Below are positions 49,294-62,380 of a stretch of 64,000 nucleotides of DNA, piece after piece. A program made the translations under genes and the position numbers. Source of the stretch: Hydrolagus colliei. Its lineage: Eukaryota. Below the pieces are notes generated by a model. That model was not told where the DNA came from, searched no databases, and worked only from the letters and a program-made list of their open reading frames with translations. Where the stretch lies: assembly GCA_035084275.1 (NCBI GenBank), contig CM068769.1:1054001-1118000 (forward strand). The letters are read 5' to 3'. Position 1 is the first letter of the stretch. Each line of letters opens with the position of its first letter.

Positions 49294-51985
49294 CAGAAAC
49301 GTTGCAAGAAACAACAATCAATTGGATTGATACAGAGCCAATCGCTGGAGGATGCAAACCTTCCATTCTGATCCAGATAACAACACAATCAAAGCCCTAA
49401 TGTGCAGGCTGGTCATTTTATTAACACCATAACAATCTTTCCGTTTCTGATAGCGGCTTTTTCGTCGTCGATATACCACAAGTTGCAACAGAGTCAGTTA
49501 AATAGAGTGCACAGAATCATAAATTCATCCAATTATACGGCGCAAAAGGAGGCCATTCGGCCCATCTAGTCTGTGCCGTCTATTTGAACAGAGCAACTTA
49601 ATCCGACTGCACAGCTCTCTCCACATAACCTAACAAACCAGCTCTTCCTAATTAACGATCCAGTTCCCTTTGAAAAGCTGTTATGAAACCTGCCTCCACC
49701 ACCTTCGTAGCCAATCCATTCCAGATTCGAACAACCCGCTGAGAGAAAAAATCTCTCGTCAGCTCCCCTCTTCCTCAGGCCCGGGTACGTCCGACCGAAT
49801 TGAAAGGCGCTTTATGAATGTACATTTGGTTTTGTTTACTCAATATTTTGCGAGCGAATCACAATTATGCACAGCAGTGTCCGGTGAACGATCGTGGATT
49901 GACCGATGGCCAACAAACTACCAATTTATTATCAATATTTTTTGAAGGAATTAATTCATACGGAAATGCCTTTCCACCTAACGACAGGTAAACATACTTC
50001 CGTGGTGCATGGAAACTTGCCTAGTATTTCACTCCGGTGGAAATCGAACCGAGGACTTTTATTTGCGTGACAATTCCTTTTTTCCCCACTAATATTGCGT
50101 GAGTGGTTGAGCTTCGCTGTCACCATGGGATCATCGAGCTGTTTGTTTGACTGTAAGACCATACATCAATGTAATTCGCACTTTCTGTCGTTCTCTCCTT
50201 TCCAATCGGCACGCGCTGCAGCAATCTACAAAGACATTATTAGAAACCTACTGGACTCAGTGCTTTTGTGTAGCAGTTTCTGATTGTTTCCTAGCACGAA
50301 CTTCTCTCTCCTCAAATCATTACCCGTTGCCTTCAATCCTCCGGTTCTGGTCTCCATCTTGTCCCCCGACTCCTCCGCTCCACCATCGTCGGCCGAGGCT
50401 TCAGTCAATACGCCCCGAAGCTGTGGAAATCGCTGTGATTCGCCCCGCTCTCTTTCCAGTTTCTTGTCTCAGCTGAAGACCATTCTTTTCGACCGTGCAT
50501 TCGATCAGCTTTGTGCCCCCGCTTTGGCTCGGGCCCCGGATCCGTTATTGCAAAACGCTCTCAGGGCGCTTTAGATAGCCACCCCAGCGCGGAGGACGCT
50601 TTCGAAATCGAAGTTACTGTTGTTGGTACTTGTAACAGGAAGCGGCTTTTAATGCTGCCGAAGAAGCCAGTTACAGAAAGCAACGTTGGCAAATTAAGTC
50701 AGTTGTTGTGATCGTACCATTGCTGCGCCATCTTCTGGTGGACAATAGCTACAACACGTCTATAATTGGTGACATTTCTGTTAAATTTTACCATTCCTGT
50801 TGAAGAATCAACTTTGTGTTTTTTTAGTAAAATATTATTTTCGTCTTACTTAAACACATGTGAGTATAACGGGACACCCGGGAAGCACTGGGTTATTTAA
50901 ATGAAAGTAACAATATTGTATGCAATAACATTAATAATCCCGCATTTCAAATTATTCAATTACTCAAGGTTTATTTCAAGTGGACTGAAATCGCTTTCAG
51001 AAGAATGTATTAACGATAAATTGACTTCGGCACTTCAGAGTTCCATTGGTTTGAGTGAACGATTCAACGTTTTTGTAGTAATAATTTTAAACATGCATTA
51101 TTAATTTTGAAGCGTGTATTGTCCAAGTAAACTGATATGCCATGCGACTACCAAGTGAGTTGCTTGGTTTTAGACCAGAAGCGTGTGTGTTAACGAAATA
51201 ATGTTTTGCTCTTCCATGACTGAACCAAGGTGCTCTCACTTGCAAGGCAATCACTAACCACTGAGACAAAGGCCTCAGTATTTGGGTCTCTGTATGGCAA
51301 AAACGGTGATCTGCTGCCAAATATGCAACAGTATTGAGAATATGCTGCATCATTGTGCACTATACGTGATATCATGTCAAGTGTAAATGAATGTATTTTT
51401 CAGGCAATTTCACAGCGAATTCACTTGGTAGTACATTGAGTCGTCCAGCAGCCGTGATAAGGTTCTGTGTCAACTAAAAGAATTATTATTATTATTAATT
51501 CCACTCTTTCTCGACTTGAACCACTCTATCAATTCTTCAGCTTGTGTTTGTAGATCAGTCACGTATTTCCACTGAGACACAGCGGCAGAGTTAACAGATT
51601 GTCAAACAGGTCAAAATTCAGTCCAGGCCTCTGTCCTGAGATTAAACCATTTCTCTGCTATTAGCATGTTAATGTAAAATGGGGCAGGCTGACAGCAGTC
51701 TGATTGTAACATGGCTTGTGTGATAGCTTGGTAACACGTGGATGTGTTAGACAAAGTGAGGGACAATCTCATCAGATTGTAACGTATAATGACGTGAGAG
51801 TTTAGCTTACAAGCTGATTGGAGGGGGATGTGGTTTCCTCTGAGTCTGGCTGCTGAAGTGGCTGCTCCACGCAGGGCATCAAGGCCTGACCAAGTTTCCG
51901 CTCAAATTTCAAACAGACGGATTGTCCCTATGTATTAAATCAAGGCAGTATTTGTACGAGCCCTGCAGTGTAGTCAACCACAGTG

Positions 51986-52774
51986 GAGAGACTAAAGGCA
52001 CAGTAATTCACTGCGCTGTCAGATACCATTCCTGTTCAGAAATGGATAAACTGGTGGAAAAACTATATGTCTGTAGTTGAGCTGAGAAGCGGTTTCCAAA
52101 TCCTGTGCCTTTGACTGGATTGCGACCCGTAGAGTATCTCCGGTCTACAAACTCTGGGTGTTTGTCTGTGTAGTGTCTGTACCAGAAGAGATAGTAAATG
52201 TTTGCAGTGGTGCGGTAAGTGCAAATCATATCGACAGTATCTCCATCTATCTTAGCCATCGTGGCAGCTTCCTGATTGACAGAATCGGCGTCACAGAGTT
52301 CTGTAATAAACGAGGGAAAACATAGCTAAACATTCATGTAATCATAGAATCTTACGGCACAAAATGAGGCCATTTGGCCCATCGAGTCTGTGCCGGCTCC
52401 TTGCACAGATCAAATCAATCGCACTCGCCAGCTCTGTCTCCCCATAACTGTGCATACTGCCCTCCACAAATAAGTGTCACATCTCTTTTAAAGATATTTT
52501 TGCATCGGCCTCGCTCACCGTTTCAGGCAATGCATTCCATATCCCAACAACGGGATGATTGAAAAAACTTTCCCTCAACTCCCCTCTACTTCTTCTAGAA
52601 ACTATTTGATGATTTCAATTGCGGACTGATTGCTCTGTGCACTCAGCTACAGGCCACACTCCAACAAATGTTGTTGAAATTGAGCTGACAATCAGCAGCG
52701 ACACTGAGTAAGCTCAACACGACCTCACCTGCCGTAAAGTTTCCCAGCACCAGACAGACAACAAACAGCGTCAT
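51986..52774 (-). pseudogene. TCR alpha/delta V pseudogene (c)
   Basis: Leader 52729-52774 MTLFVVCLVLGNFTA, V exon 51986-52300 with C23 and WYRH intact but a frameshift before SDSAV; RSS CACTGTG-23-ACAAATACT at 51947-51985; CR1-type tail in the intron. Confidence 0.9.
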
Positions 52775-55700
52775 TGCTGCTCCACAGCCTTCGCCGTTGT
52801 GTCTGTGACATCAGTTTGCTGGGAACCAACAGCAATATTCGTCACTGGCAGATCCCACAGTCCCAGGTCACCTCATTGACATCTCACACTTGCTTCTACA
52901 ACAGAAACCGATTTAACACAGCGCAATACACAATAGACTTTGTGTGTGGGGGTGGGGGGTGAGGCAGGTTGGGCGGGGGGCAGTGTATCCACAACCTCAA
53001 CTCCGGTTAACCCTAAAATCAAAACGCAGCATGTGCGATGGTCATAGTTAAAATGCAACAGCAACAGCTTCGATTTATATACCGCCCTCCACGCAGGACA
53101 GCGGCTAAGCGCACGTCGCAAAAATGCATCCCGATCCCATGCCAGAGGCAGGGGGAAAAAGGTTTCCCAAGGCGCGGTCGAAACAACGATCTTCAGCTGA
53201 TTCCTGGAATTGGTAAGAGAGGGAGCGAGGCGAAGGGAGTGAGGAATGGATTTCCTGAGATTTGGGGCGAAGTGGCTAACGACACGCCACCTATGGTGGA
53301 GCGGAGGATTTGGGAAACACAAAGGAGACGAGAACAGGAGGACGAAAGGCAACAGTTCATCACTTTGCGAGAGAGGAGGTCAGATACGTGGGGGAGGTGG
53401 GTGCAGAGGTGTGTAGAGACTTGAAAACCAGAGTGAGGATCTTGAAATCGATCCTCCCCGGTACAGGAAGTCTGGCAAGCAATGGGGTAATCTAAAGGAA
53501 ATTCAAGAATTATTATTTTTATTGTTATTACAATTATCATTATTTCTATTATTAATCCCATGCACAAGTGCCGTTTATTTTGACGATCGAGGTAATGCAG
53601 GGAGACTGGGGAGGGGCTGGCCAAAACAGAATGTTTGGAATATTTCTGACTTCCACTTCCTATTTCACAACTCAGTGTCTCACAAATAGTCGTGGAATCT
53701 GTGAACTGATTCATAATTTGCTTCTGTACATATTGCCTTTCTTTTACACTTTAATTCATCTAATTTTGAATGCACTATTACCACCGCCCGCGGAATGTGA
53801 TCTGCCAATCGACTAACACATTTTGAGCCTGTAGATCAGCGGTAAGTGATATAGCCTTACAAGCGAGAGACTTGGGTTCTATTGAGGCTGAGAAAAAGCA
53901 TGCTCAGGATACATTAATACATACATCTGATAAATATCCATTTAAAAAAAGGATTATTTCAATCCACGACTGTTTGGGTGACACTGCCTTGTGAAATCAG
54001 TTAGAGTTTCGCCCGCAAATATACAGCTAATTGACATTCTATACTGTGAAGTGCTTTGTGATAACTGGATGTCGTGAAAAGCGCTACAGAAAATGCAAGA
54101 ATTACGGTTATTTTCATTGTTAAATTGATTCCTCCTTGGTGCTAGTTAAACAGAGGTTTCTGCAGGAATGAAACTGACTCACGGTTTGACACACCCAGTA
54201 ACCGAATCCAACTCTGCTCGCTTTTGAGGCTTGCGTTGTGAATATTTAGCTATAGAACTCCGCGTTATTTGAAGTACAACGCAGTAACACGGCTTCATAT
54301 TGATGTGAATGTTGCTGTATACATCTTAGTTGTATTGTATTATTATCTAGCGCCATCTAGCTTTGATTCAGGCATTTGTCAGTTGATGGGTTCTATGAGA
54401 ATGGTATGATTTAGATGTACCCGTGTATCCAATGGGATAATTCATCCATCATCAATGTTCTTCCAGACAGCTCCCTGTTGAACAAGTCCTTGCAAATCTT
54501 TCCACACTTCAAAGTATATAAACCGATATCTCCCATCACAGGACATCCACGAACACCCCACCCCACACCCCGCCTACCCACAGAAGCACCCATCTTCCCA
54601 GCACTTACCCTAACTCCCTCCTTCTCCAAACCTTCCACCAGTCATTCCCATTATCGGACAGGCTGTCAGTCTCTCTCCGACCACTCTCTTGAATTCCATC
54701 CCAGAGAACCTTCGCTACACTTTCTCGCTTGACCATTTACGGCAGGTCTCAAGACCCTCCTCTTCGATCTTGCCTTATGCTGCCCTCCCAACTCTCTCCC
54801 ACTCCACCCCGAAATTTCTTCCCCTACCCTCCCAAATCTCTCCCCCTCCCCTTCTAACTCTCTGCCCCTCTCCTGCCATATCTCGACCACTCCTCTCGCA
54901 ACTCTCTAGCCCTTCACTCCCAACACTCTCCGTCGATCCCAACTCTCTTCCTCCCTCTCAAATCTCTCCCTCTCCTCCCCAAGCTCTCCTCATCTTCCAC
55001 AATCTCTCCCTCCCCTTCCATCTCTCTCCATTCACTCCCAATGGTCCACCGCCGCATTCGTATGTACTCCCAACGTCAAATGCGCTCTGTAAATTTTATT
55101 TTGTTGTTGTTGTTGCTTTATTCTAATACCAACAGCAGTGCATGATAATGAGATTAACATTAATGCTTCCTTTTGTCGGAGCGCCATATCACGTATTTTA
55201 TTTGATCCACAATATAATATAATGTAGAATAAAATATTCTTGTATTTCACTACATTTATTCTGGACTTGCGGCAACCAATAGACTGTGTTCCACGAGTAG
55301 TCTTGGATTTGGACACTAACGCTTTTGTAAGGGATGACAATTCTTGCATTCGATATAACACTTTTCACGTCTAATCGACGTCTCAAGGCGCTTCACAGAA
55401 TATACAGTCAAGTGAATTGACGGTATATTTGTTGGCGAAACGCGGCAGCCAATTGTGCACTGTAGTGTCGCACAAATAGTCGTGGTTCAAATGACCAATT
55501 TTATTACTGTGATTGGTTAATGGTTATTAAGTCTCCCTGAAAGGAAATGCGACGACGGAATACCAACAGGCGGCCAATTTACTGCTTGTTAAACAGAGTA
55601 ATTTGGAAGCGGGTAACATACCAAACACTTCACCTTGACGTTTATCAAACTAGGCGTCCTCGCTACGAAAACTTTCTTACACAAATATACCGTCAATTCG

Positions 55701-56633
55701 CTTTACAGAGTGTACTTTGTGAAGCGATTCAAGACGTCGATAAGATGTGAAACGCGCTACATCAAATGAAAGGATTATTCTTATATTATCATAACTTTGT
55801 CTCACATTCCACTCTACAAAGTTGCAGTTTGACTTGTTGAGTGTTCCCAGCGATTTCAGTATGTGTTCCTGTTTAAATTATGTTTCAATCACAAAACACT
55901 AAACTCAACACAATATGTAGTTTTGTATAATTAACATCCATTGGGATCACTGGCTGGAAATTATTTTGCCAAAAGAGTAAAGCCATTGAGAAAGTGAGAC
56001 ATCTCAAAAATGCTGCACATGATATTGTGTGATATCTAAAAGAGGGACATCCAAAAGCGCTGGACAAGATATAGTGTGATGTGTATTGACAGTTTATGTC
56101 TGCCAGCTCGCAGTAAACTCAGTTTACAGTATATTCAGTACACACGTTGAGATATCTACCAACAGCAACAACAACATTACTGTTGTACAGCGTCTTTCAC
56201 GACAGGAGAACGTCCCAAGACCATACATATTTACTGCTTCTGACCAGAGCTGAGGAGAGGTGGGGATGCGGGGAGTTGGGGAGTGGTGGCGGCGGAGTTC
56301 TTATGGATTCATCGAAGAGGAGAGTCTTGCGGCGAGACTCGAAGAAGGCCATCGAGATATGTTAATGCGCCAATAACCAAAATTAAAGATCATTATTGCA
56401 AATGTTTCTTCCACTCTTTCCTTATGTATTCCAGCACTGGCTCGCCTGTGGTTGGAAATGTAGTCAAGTGTTTCGCCTTCGAGACACAGCAACAAATGTA
56501 GGAGTCGTCAAATAGGTCAACCGTCAGCAATGCCATCTGTGCTGTGATTAAACCCATTAACTCCCTTCGCAGGTGTATATTCGGTGGTGTAGAGTGTTTC
56601 TGTACGAGTCTCAGACTGGTTCGCATCACTGTG

Positions 56634-57702
56634 TGGACGGAGAGCACAGTAATTCACAGCGCTGTCAGACAGCTCCAGCTGGGAGATAGTTAAGCTACTC
56701 AGTTTTGTCGAGGACTGGAGTTCCATAGTGAACCGTTTATCAATAAAATCTGCACTGTATGCATTCCCACTGGAATGCTTCATGAGTATATACTGCGGTT
56801 GATTTCCCAGCAGTTGTCGATACCATTGCAAAAAATAGCTGCTGAGAGATGTGTCAAACTGTCATTCCATGGTTACACTTCCTCCTTCTTTCTCGGTCAC
56901 TGGAGCCGCCTTCTATGTCACAGAGTCTCCTTGGGTCAGGCCTGAAATACACATACATGCAGTCCTGTAGATCAAGCGTTAGAGCGCTCGCTTCGACAGC
57001 GAGAAGACCTGGGTTCGATTCCCGGACAGGACAGCGGAAATCGTCAGGCACGTTTTCGAACAAGGATGCGTTTGTTTGCCTAGCGTCAAGTGGAACCCAA
57101 TTGTTTGTTGATTGGCGGATTGTGTTCATCAAGGGTAAGAATCCGTTGGAAAATCGAAAAATTATTTCGTCATTCAATCAATGACTGATTGTGCGACACT
57201 TCTGTGAGCTCGTGGCTTTCCCGTTTCTTCCATAATTTACATTACGCTGCACACAATTTTCCGTGAAGTGATTTTAGGATCTCTAATTCGTGCTTGACCC
57301 AATGCGTCGATTACTAGTTTTGTTACGAAACCTTTGGCAAGTTTTCTTACTCCACACGCCTAATAATGATCCTTCAACAAATACACAAAAATAAAATCGG
57401 TCACTTCAATCCACGACTGTTTGTGGGACACTGCTGTTCACAATTGGCTGCAGCGTTTCGCCCACATATATACAGTCAATTCGTTTTACAGTATATTCTG
57501 TGAAGATTTGAGACATCAATAAGATGTGAAAAGGGATTCATCAAATGCACGGATAAATATTACTATTGGTATTAACATAATGAAGAATATATATACACAT
57601 GTACAACTCAACGGTTTGGAAAACGGGTTTATATGACAACTGTTACACCGTATTACCTATTAGAATGGCAACCAGGGGCAGACGCCCATTGAATCTCCCT
57701 AT
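56634..57702 (-). pseudogene. TCR alpha/delta V pseudogene (d)
   Basis: V exon 56634-56941 GLTQGDSVT*KAAPVTEKEGGSVTME*QFD...WYRQ...LSDSAVNYCALRP; 46 bp candidate leader 57657-57702 starting ATA; RSS CACAGTG-23-ACAGAAACA at 56595-56633. Confidence 0.88.
56962..57033 (+). pseudogene. tRNA-like cloverleaf (SINE head or tRNA pseudogene) in the V(d) intron
   Basis: Acceptor stem GTCCTGT/ACAGGAC, anticodon stem CTCGC/GCGAG, T arm CTGGG-TTCGATT-CCCGG; D arm imperfect; loop TTCGACA. Confidence 0.55.
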
Positions 57703-59164
57703 TGCCACCAATCACTCCAAAATTGCGATGTTATGTGTGAATGTATTGGTGTTGATCTGAGACATACAGCTCTGAGACATTTGACGCTTGATGGCGATGA
57801 CCTAACTTCCTAATCCTTTGACGTGGACATCAACTGATCAGTGTGCTTGCGATGTCAATAAGTCACATTTCTTCCTCTGGGGAAAGGGATGGGGGAGCGA
57901 ATCTTAATTGATCTAATTCAGTTTGGCGACACGCGATATTTAAGTTTAAAAATAAGTTTTGGTATATGGTATTACTTTCTGTTGCAATGTTGAAGCAATT
58001 CCAAGCGTTCCACAAAATATACTGTCAAGATTAGTGACTGTACTCCATTTTTGTACGTAATTATGATATTACGTGCAATGCTTTAAAGGTAAGGAACTTA
58101 TAGCAGACGAGCTTTGGACTGGATATCAATGCATCGGAACAAAAATACGTAGAATCGCGAAACGCGGCAGCAAAATTGCGCACAGTAGTGTCCAACAAAC
58201 AGTCTTGGAAGTGGGATTACGAGAAAATGGGGGCAAAAATGGCAAGGGGAGGGATCGTGGTACGTGGAAGGAGAGCAGGATCCGAAAGGTTGACTCATTT
58301 TTTCGTTCTCCATAGTTGCTGCCTGGCCCACTGATTGTTCCCAGCCATTTCTGTTTTTTGTTTCAGATTTCCAACGTCTGCAATATGTTGCGTGTTTATT
58401 CATGCAGAATCTATTGATGGGAGTTCAGCTAGTTGGTCACACTTGTTGGTTAGCTATTACTGAATATAATCGGATACAATTTAAGCGATCGAGACACCGT
58501 CTGGCATGGAGGACGCTATGTGGAAGCAAATTGTTGTTGTTGATCTCATGTCAATTGTGGTCAGCCTCATCTTGGGCATATGTGGAATCCCATGAGCAGT
58601 CTTAAGCGTATCCAAACCAGATAGAGCATTCCATTCATACCACCATTCGTATCGGATAAGACAACAATTAATATTCCGCTTGATATGTTGCCTTTAGAAT
58701 CCAATACCTCGGAATTTAGAGCGCTTACACGACAAGCGAGACATGAGTTTGTTTCAGAGCAAGGCAAAAGTTGGACACGCTGATTTACTCCTCTGTTGAT
58801 GCTTCTGTTTAATTAGCATTAAATAGTAACACGTTTGTTAGTCGATTGGCCAATCACTGATTAGGCATTTTTAACCAATCAATATGTAACAATGATTAGG
58901 TCACTCAATTTACAATTGTTCATGGAACACTTTTATGCACATTTGGCTGCTGAGCTTCGATCATAAAAAATAGTCAATTCACATAATTGGGTATTTTATG
59001 TACAGTTTTGATGGGTATCGAAGACGTTATCAGTCGCTATTCTAAACATAAGGATATTATTGTTGTGCTCATGTCTTCGAGACGTCTAAACTACTTCGCA
59101 AAATACATGTATCGACTTTATTAGTTTTAAACTTACCTGACGTCAGAAAATCAAGACAATGCAT

Positions 59165-59183
59165 TGGCGCCCTCTAGTGGTCA
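59165..59183 (-). promoter_or_regulatory. CTCF-binding motif
   Basis: Minus strand TGACCACTAGAGGGCGCCA closely matches the CTCF core; weaker same-orientation matches at 50724-50744 and 54348-54366. Confidence 0.55.
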
Positions 59184-60405
59184 GTGTATGATAGTTCGGC
59201 TCTGCCTTCATATTTGATGTAAAACGTGACATAGTGCAATGATAGAAATAATAATATGTTGTACGTTCCAGTGTCTTACGCCATCTCCTAATACAGTAAA
59301 ATACTAGCCTACCAGTCGTATGATTTTGATCCAATGAATAGTATTGTTGATGATAATAATATTTTCGTGTGATACAGTGAATAATCACATCTTCGAGATA
59401 TGTGAAAGCGAATCACAGTATCTACAGTGAAGTGAATTAACTCTGTATTTGAATTAACTCTATATCAACGCTCCCAAATCCTCGCCCGAATCCATTGACT
59501 CTCATCATCCATAGGATCAAATCAAGATAAGGGTACTCACATTTAACTCCTTTCAGTACCTCGCCTCACCCTATATCCATGACCTCCTATGCCCTTATCA
59601 ACTTACGCATCACCACCGCTCTTCATGCTGTTGTCTGCTCTACACCCACAGACCCATTTGAACAAACAATCGCAGGCGAGCTTTTAGCCACTTGGGGGCA
59701 GAGTGGCTAAAAGCTCAACCGGAAAAGGCAAACCGTCCCTTTTCCGGCCTCCTTCAGATCTCGCCTGAAGTCTCTCTGCTACGGAGGACCCATCGGCAAC
59801 TCCTAATCCTCCGCTTCCATTACCGCAACCATCTGTCATCAGCTAGGGTCTGAAACACTAAAGGTTCAACGCCTTGTGACGCTTTCCTGACGTGAAAGGC
59901 GCTATACAATGCAATTGTCTTGTTACTGTTGTTTATTGCACAGTACCTTTACTGCGGAATAGTTGGCTGTTTCGTTGTGGAAGAAGGTTGAAATACATTA
60001 AGGAGCTAGAGGCAAAGAGTTGGAGTGGTCTGCACATTCCTCCAACACAATACTGCAAGTCTTGCTTGTTACACTATTGATATTTGGACTAAAGATATAC
60101 TAAATGGAAAGACACATCATATTTGCAAACTGATGTAAATGAATAGCATGTGGACCCTCACCGTCCAACTCGTTCACGAATAACTGGCTGCGTTTATTTT
60201 AACCTTTAATGAATAAAGAGTTTAGCTGACAAGCTGATGGGAGGGGAATGTGGTTTCCTCTGAGTCTGGCTGATGAAGTGTCTGCTCCCCGCAGGGTCCC
60301 AAGGCCTGACCAAGAATATGCACACTATTCAAACAGAGTGATCGTTCCTATGTATAAAATGAAGACAGTTTTTGTACGAGCCCTGCAGTGTAGTCAACCA
60401 CAATG

Positions 60406-62380
60406 GAGATACTAAAGGCAAAGTAATACACTGCGCTGTCAGATACCAGCAGCTCAGAGATGGATAAACTGGTGGAAACTCTGAATGTCTGTAGTTGAGC
60501 AGAGAAACGGTTTCCAAATACTGTGCCTTTGACTGGGTTGCCATCTCCAGAATATCTCTGCACTACACATTCTGGGTGTTTGTCTGGGTAATGTCTGTAC
60601 CAGTATAGATCTTAAAAGCCATCAGTAGTGGAGTAGGTGCACACCAAATCGACAGTACCACCTTATTCCTTAAACACCGATGCAGCTTTCTGACAGTCAG
60701 AATCGGCTTCACAGAGTTCTGCAATAATCGAGGGAAAGCATGGCTAAGCATTCGTAGAATAATATAATCATAAGGCACAAAAGGAGGCAAATTGGCCCAT
60801 CGAGTCCGTCCCGTCTCTTTCAATGGAGGAACTAAATCCCACTCCACAGCTCTCAATCTCCACGTAACGACGCAAACCCGTCCTCCCCAAATATACTTCT
60901 ATGACTCTTCTAAAATTTCTTATTGAATCGGCCTCCACCATCTATTCAGGCAATGCATTGCAGATTCCAACAAGTCACTGAGACAAAAACAATTCTGCTG
61001 ACCTCCCTTTTGTTTCTTTTAGAAACAGTCTCAATTAAATCATCTCAATTGCGGACTGATTGCTCCGTACCCTGAGATTAGCCTTGAAAGAAGAAAAGGA
61101 GGAAGCAAGGCGAAGGGATTGCGGGATGGAGTTCCACAGATTGGGGACAGAGAGGCTGAAAGCCCGGACACTGATGTTAAGGCGCATCTGGCGGGGAAAA
61201 TGGAGCAGGCCAGAGCCAGCTGAACGGAAGCAGACAGTAGGTCGGAGATCCAGCCAAGGTCTTGAATGGCCGTGAAATTGAGGACGAGGATTTTGAATTG
61301 GAAAACAATAGTATTCAGTCTTTGCCTGAATTTATTTTCTCGAGACTTGTCGCGCCCTCAGGACAGCAAATGCTATATGCACAATCCATTTGTTAGTAAC
61401 GAATAAACAATAATCAATAATGTTTTACTTGGCACGTTATCACATGGTTGAAAGAGTCTAATAACGCTACAAAGAATGAGCTATGAATTTTATATCTATA
61501 TATTGGGGGCAAAACACAGTATGTAATTATGCTGTCCCACCGGAAAATCTAACGTGTGTCCTCTCACTTGCGAAGTTAATCCTATGTCCACTCAGCTGCA
61601 GGTCTCCCACAAACAATTGTTGGTGAAATGGAGCTGACAATCAGATGCGACACAGAATTAGCTCTACACGACCTCACCAGCCATAAAGGTTCCCAACAAC
61701 AACAACAACAATTCACATTTATATAGCGCCTTTCACGTCGGGAGGATGTCCCAAGGCGCTGAACAGCAGGCGTGTGAACCGAGCTGGGAGGGGAGTGTTT
61801 GGGAAGGGGTGAAACACGAAGGGGAGGTAAAAGAGTTCGGAGTGGAACAAAACGCACGATCGAAGAGGAAAGTCTTCAAACCGGCCTTGAAAGAGGAAAG
61901 GGATGAGACGAAACGAAGGGATTGAGGGACGGCATTCCATAAGGTGGAAGCGGAGAAACTGAATGCCCGGCCTCCGATGGTGGTGCGGTTCGTGCGGCGG
62001 GCGTGGAGCAGGCCAAGTCCTGTTGAACGGAGGGTCCGGGTGGGCGTGTAGGGGGAGAGTAGATCGGTTTAGTAGGATGGGGCAAGGCCGTGTAAGGCGT
62101 TGTAGGTGAGGAGGAGGATCTTAAACTCGATCCTCTGGAGGATGGGGAGCCAGTGGAGACGGGCGAGGGTGGGGGTTATGCGGTCGCGGAGGCGGGTGCG
62201 GGATAGTACACGGGCTGCAGAGTTTTGGATGTCCTGCAGACTATGAATGGAGGAACTGGGGAGGCCGATTAGGAGAATTTCCGTAGTCCAGCCGTGAGGT
62301 GATGTGTGCATGCACAAGTGCTTCGGCAGCGCGGCGGCTAAGATAATTCCCAGCATTAGACAGACAGCAAACAGCCTCAT
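60406..62380 (-). pseudogene. TCR alpha/delta V pseudogene (e), paralog of (c)
   Basis: V exon 60406-60718 with two stops and YYC changed to YYF; RSS CATTGTG-23-ACAAAAACT at 60367-60405; leader split into 62347-62380 and 61678-61695. Confidence 0.9.
61696..62346 (-). mobile_element. L2 3' fragment inserted in the V(e) leader exon
   Basis: TSD TTCCCA at 61690-61695 and 62347-62352; [14 protein letters not shown]...[13 protein letters not shown] frame and (CAA)n tail. Confidence 0.92.

Noticed and set aside
50600-50730. QWY-like codons on the minus strand suggesting another V relic
   Set aside because: No Cys, YYC, acceptor or RSS in register.
33965-57033. Cluster of functional tRNA genes
   Set aside because: Most copies have broken stems, variable anticodon loops and attached SINE bodies, so they are treated as SINE heads.
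58720-58790. Alternative leader candidate for V(d)
   Set aside because: Poor hydrophobicity and phase; 57657-57702 fits better (46 bp, phase 1).
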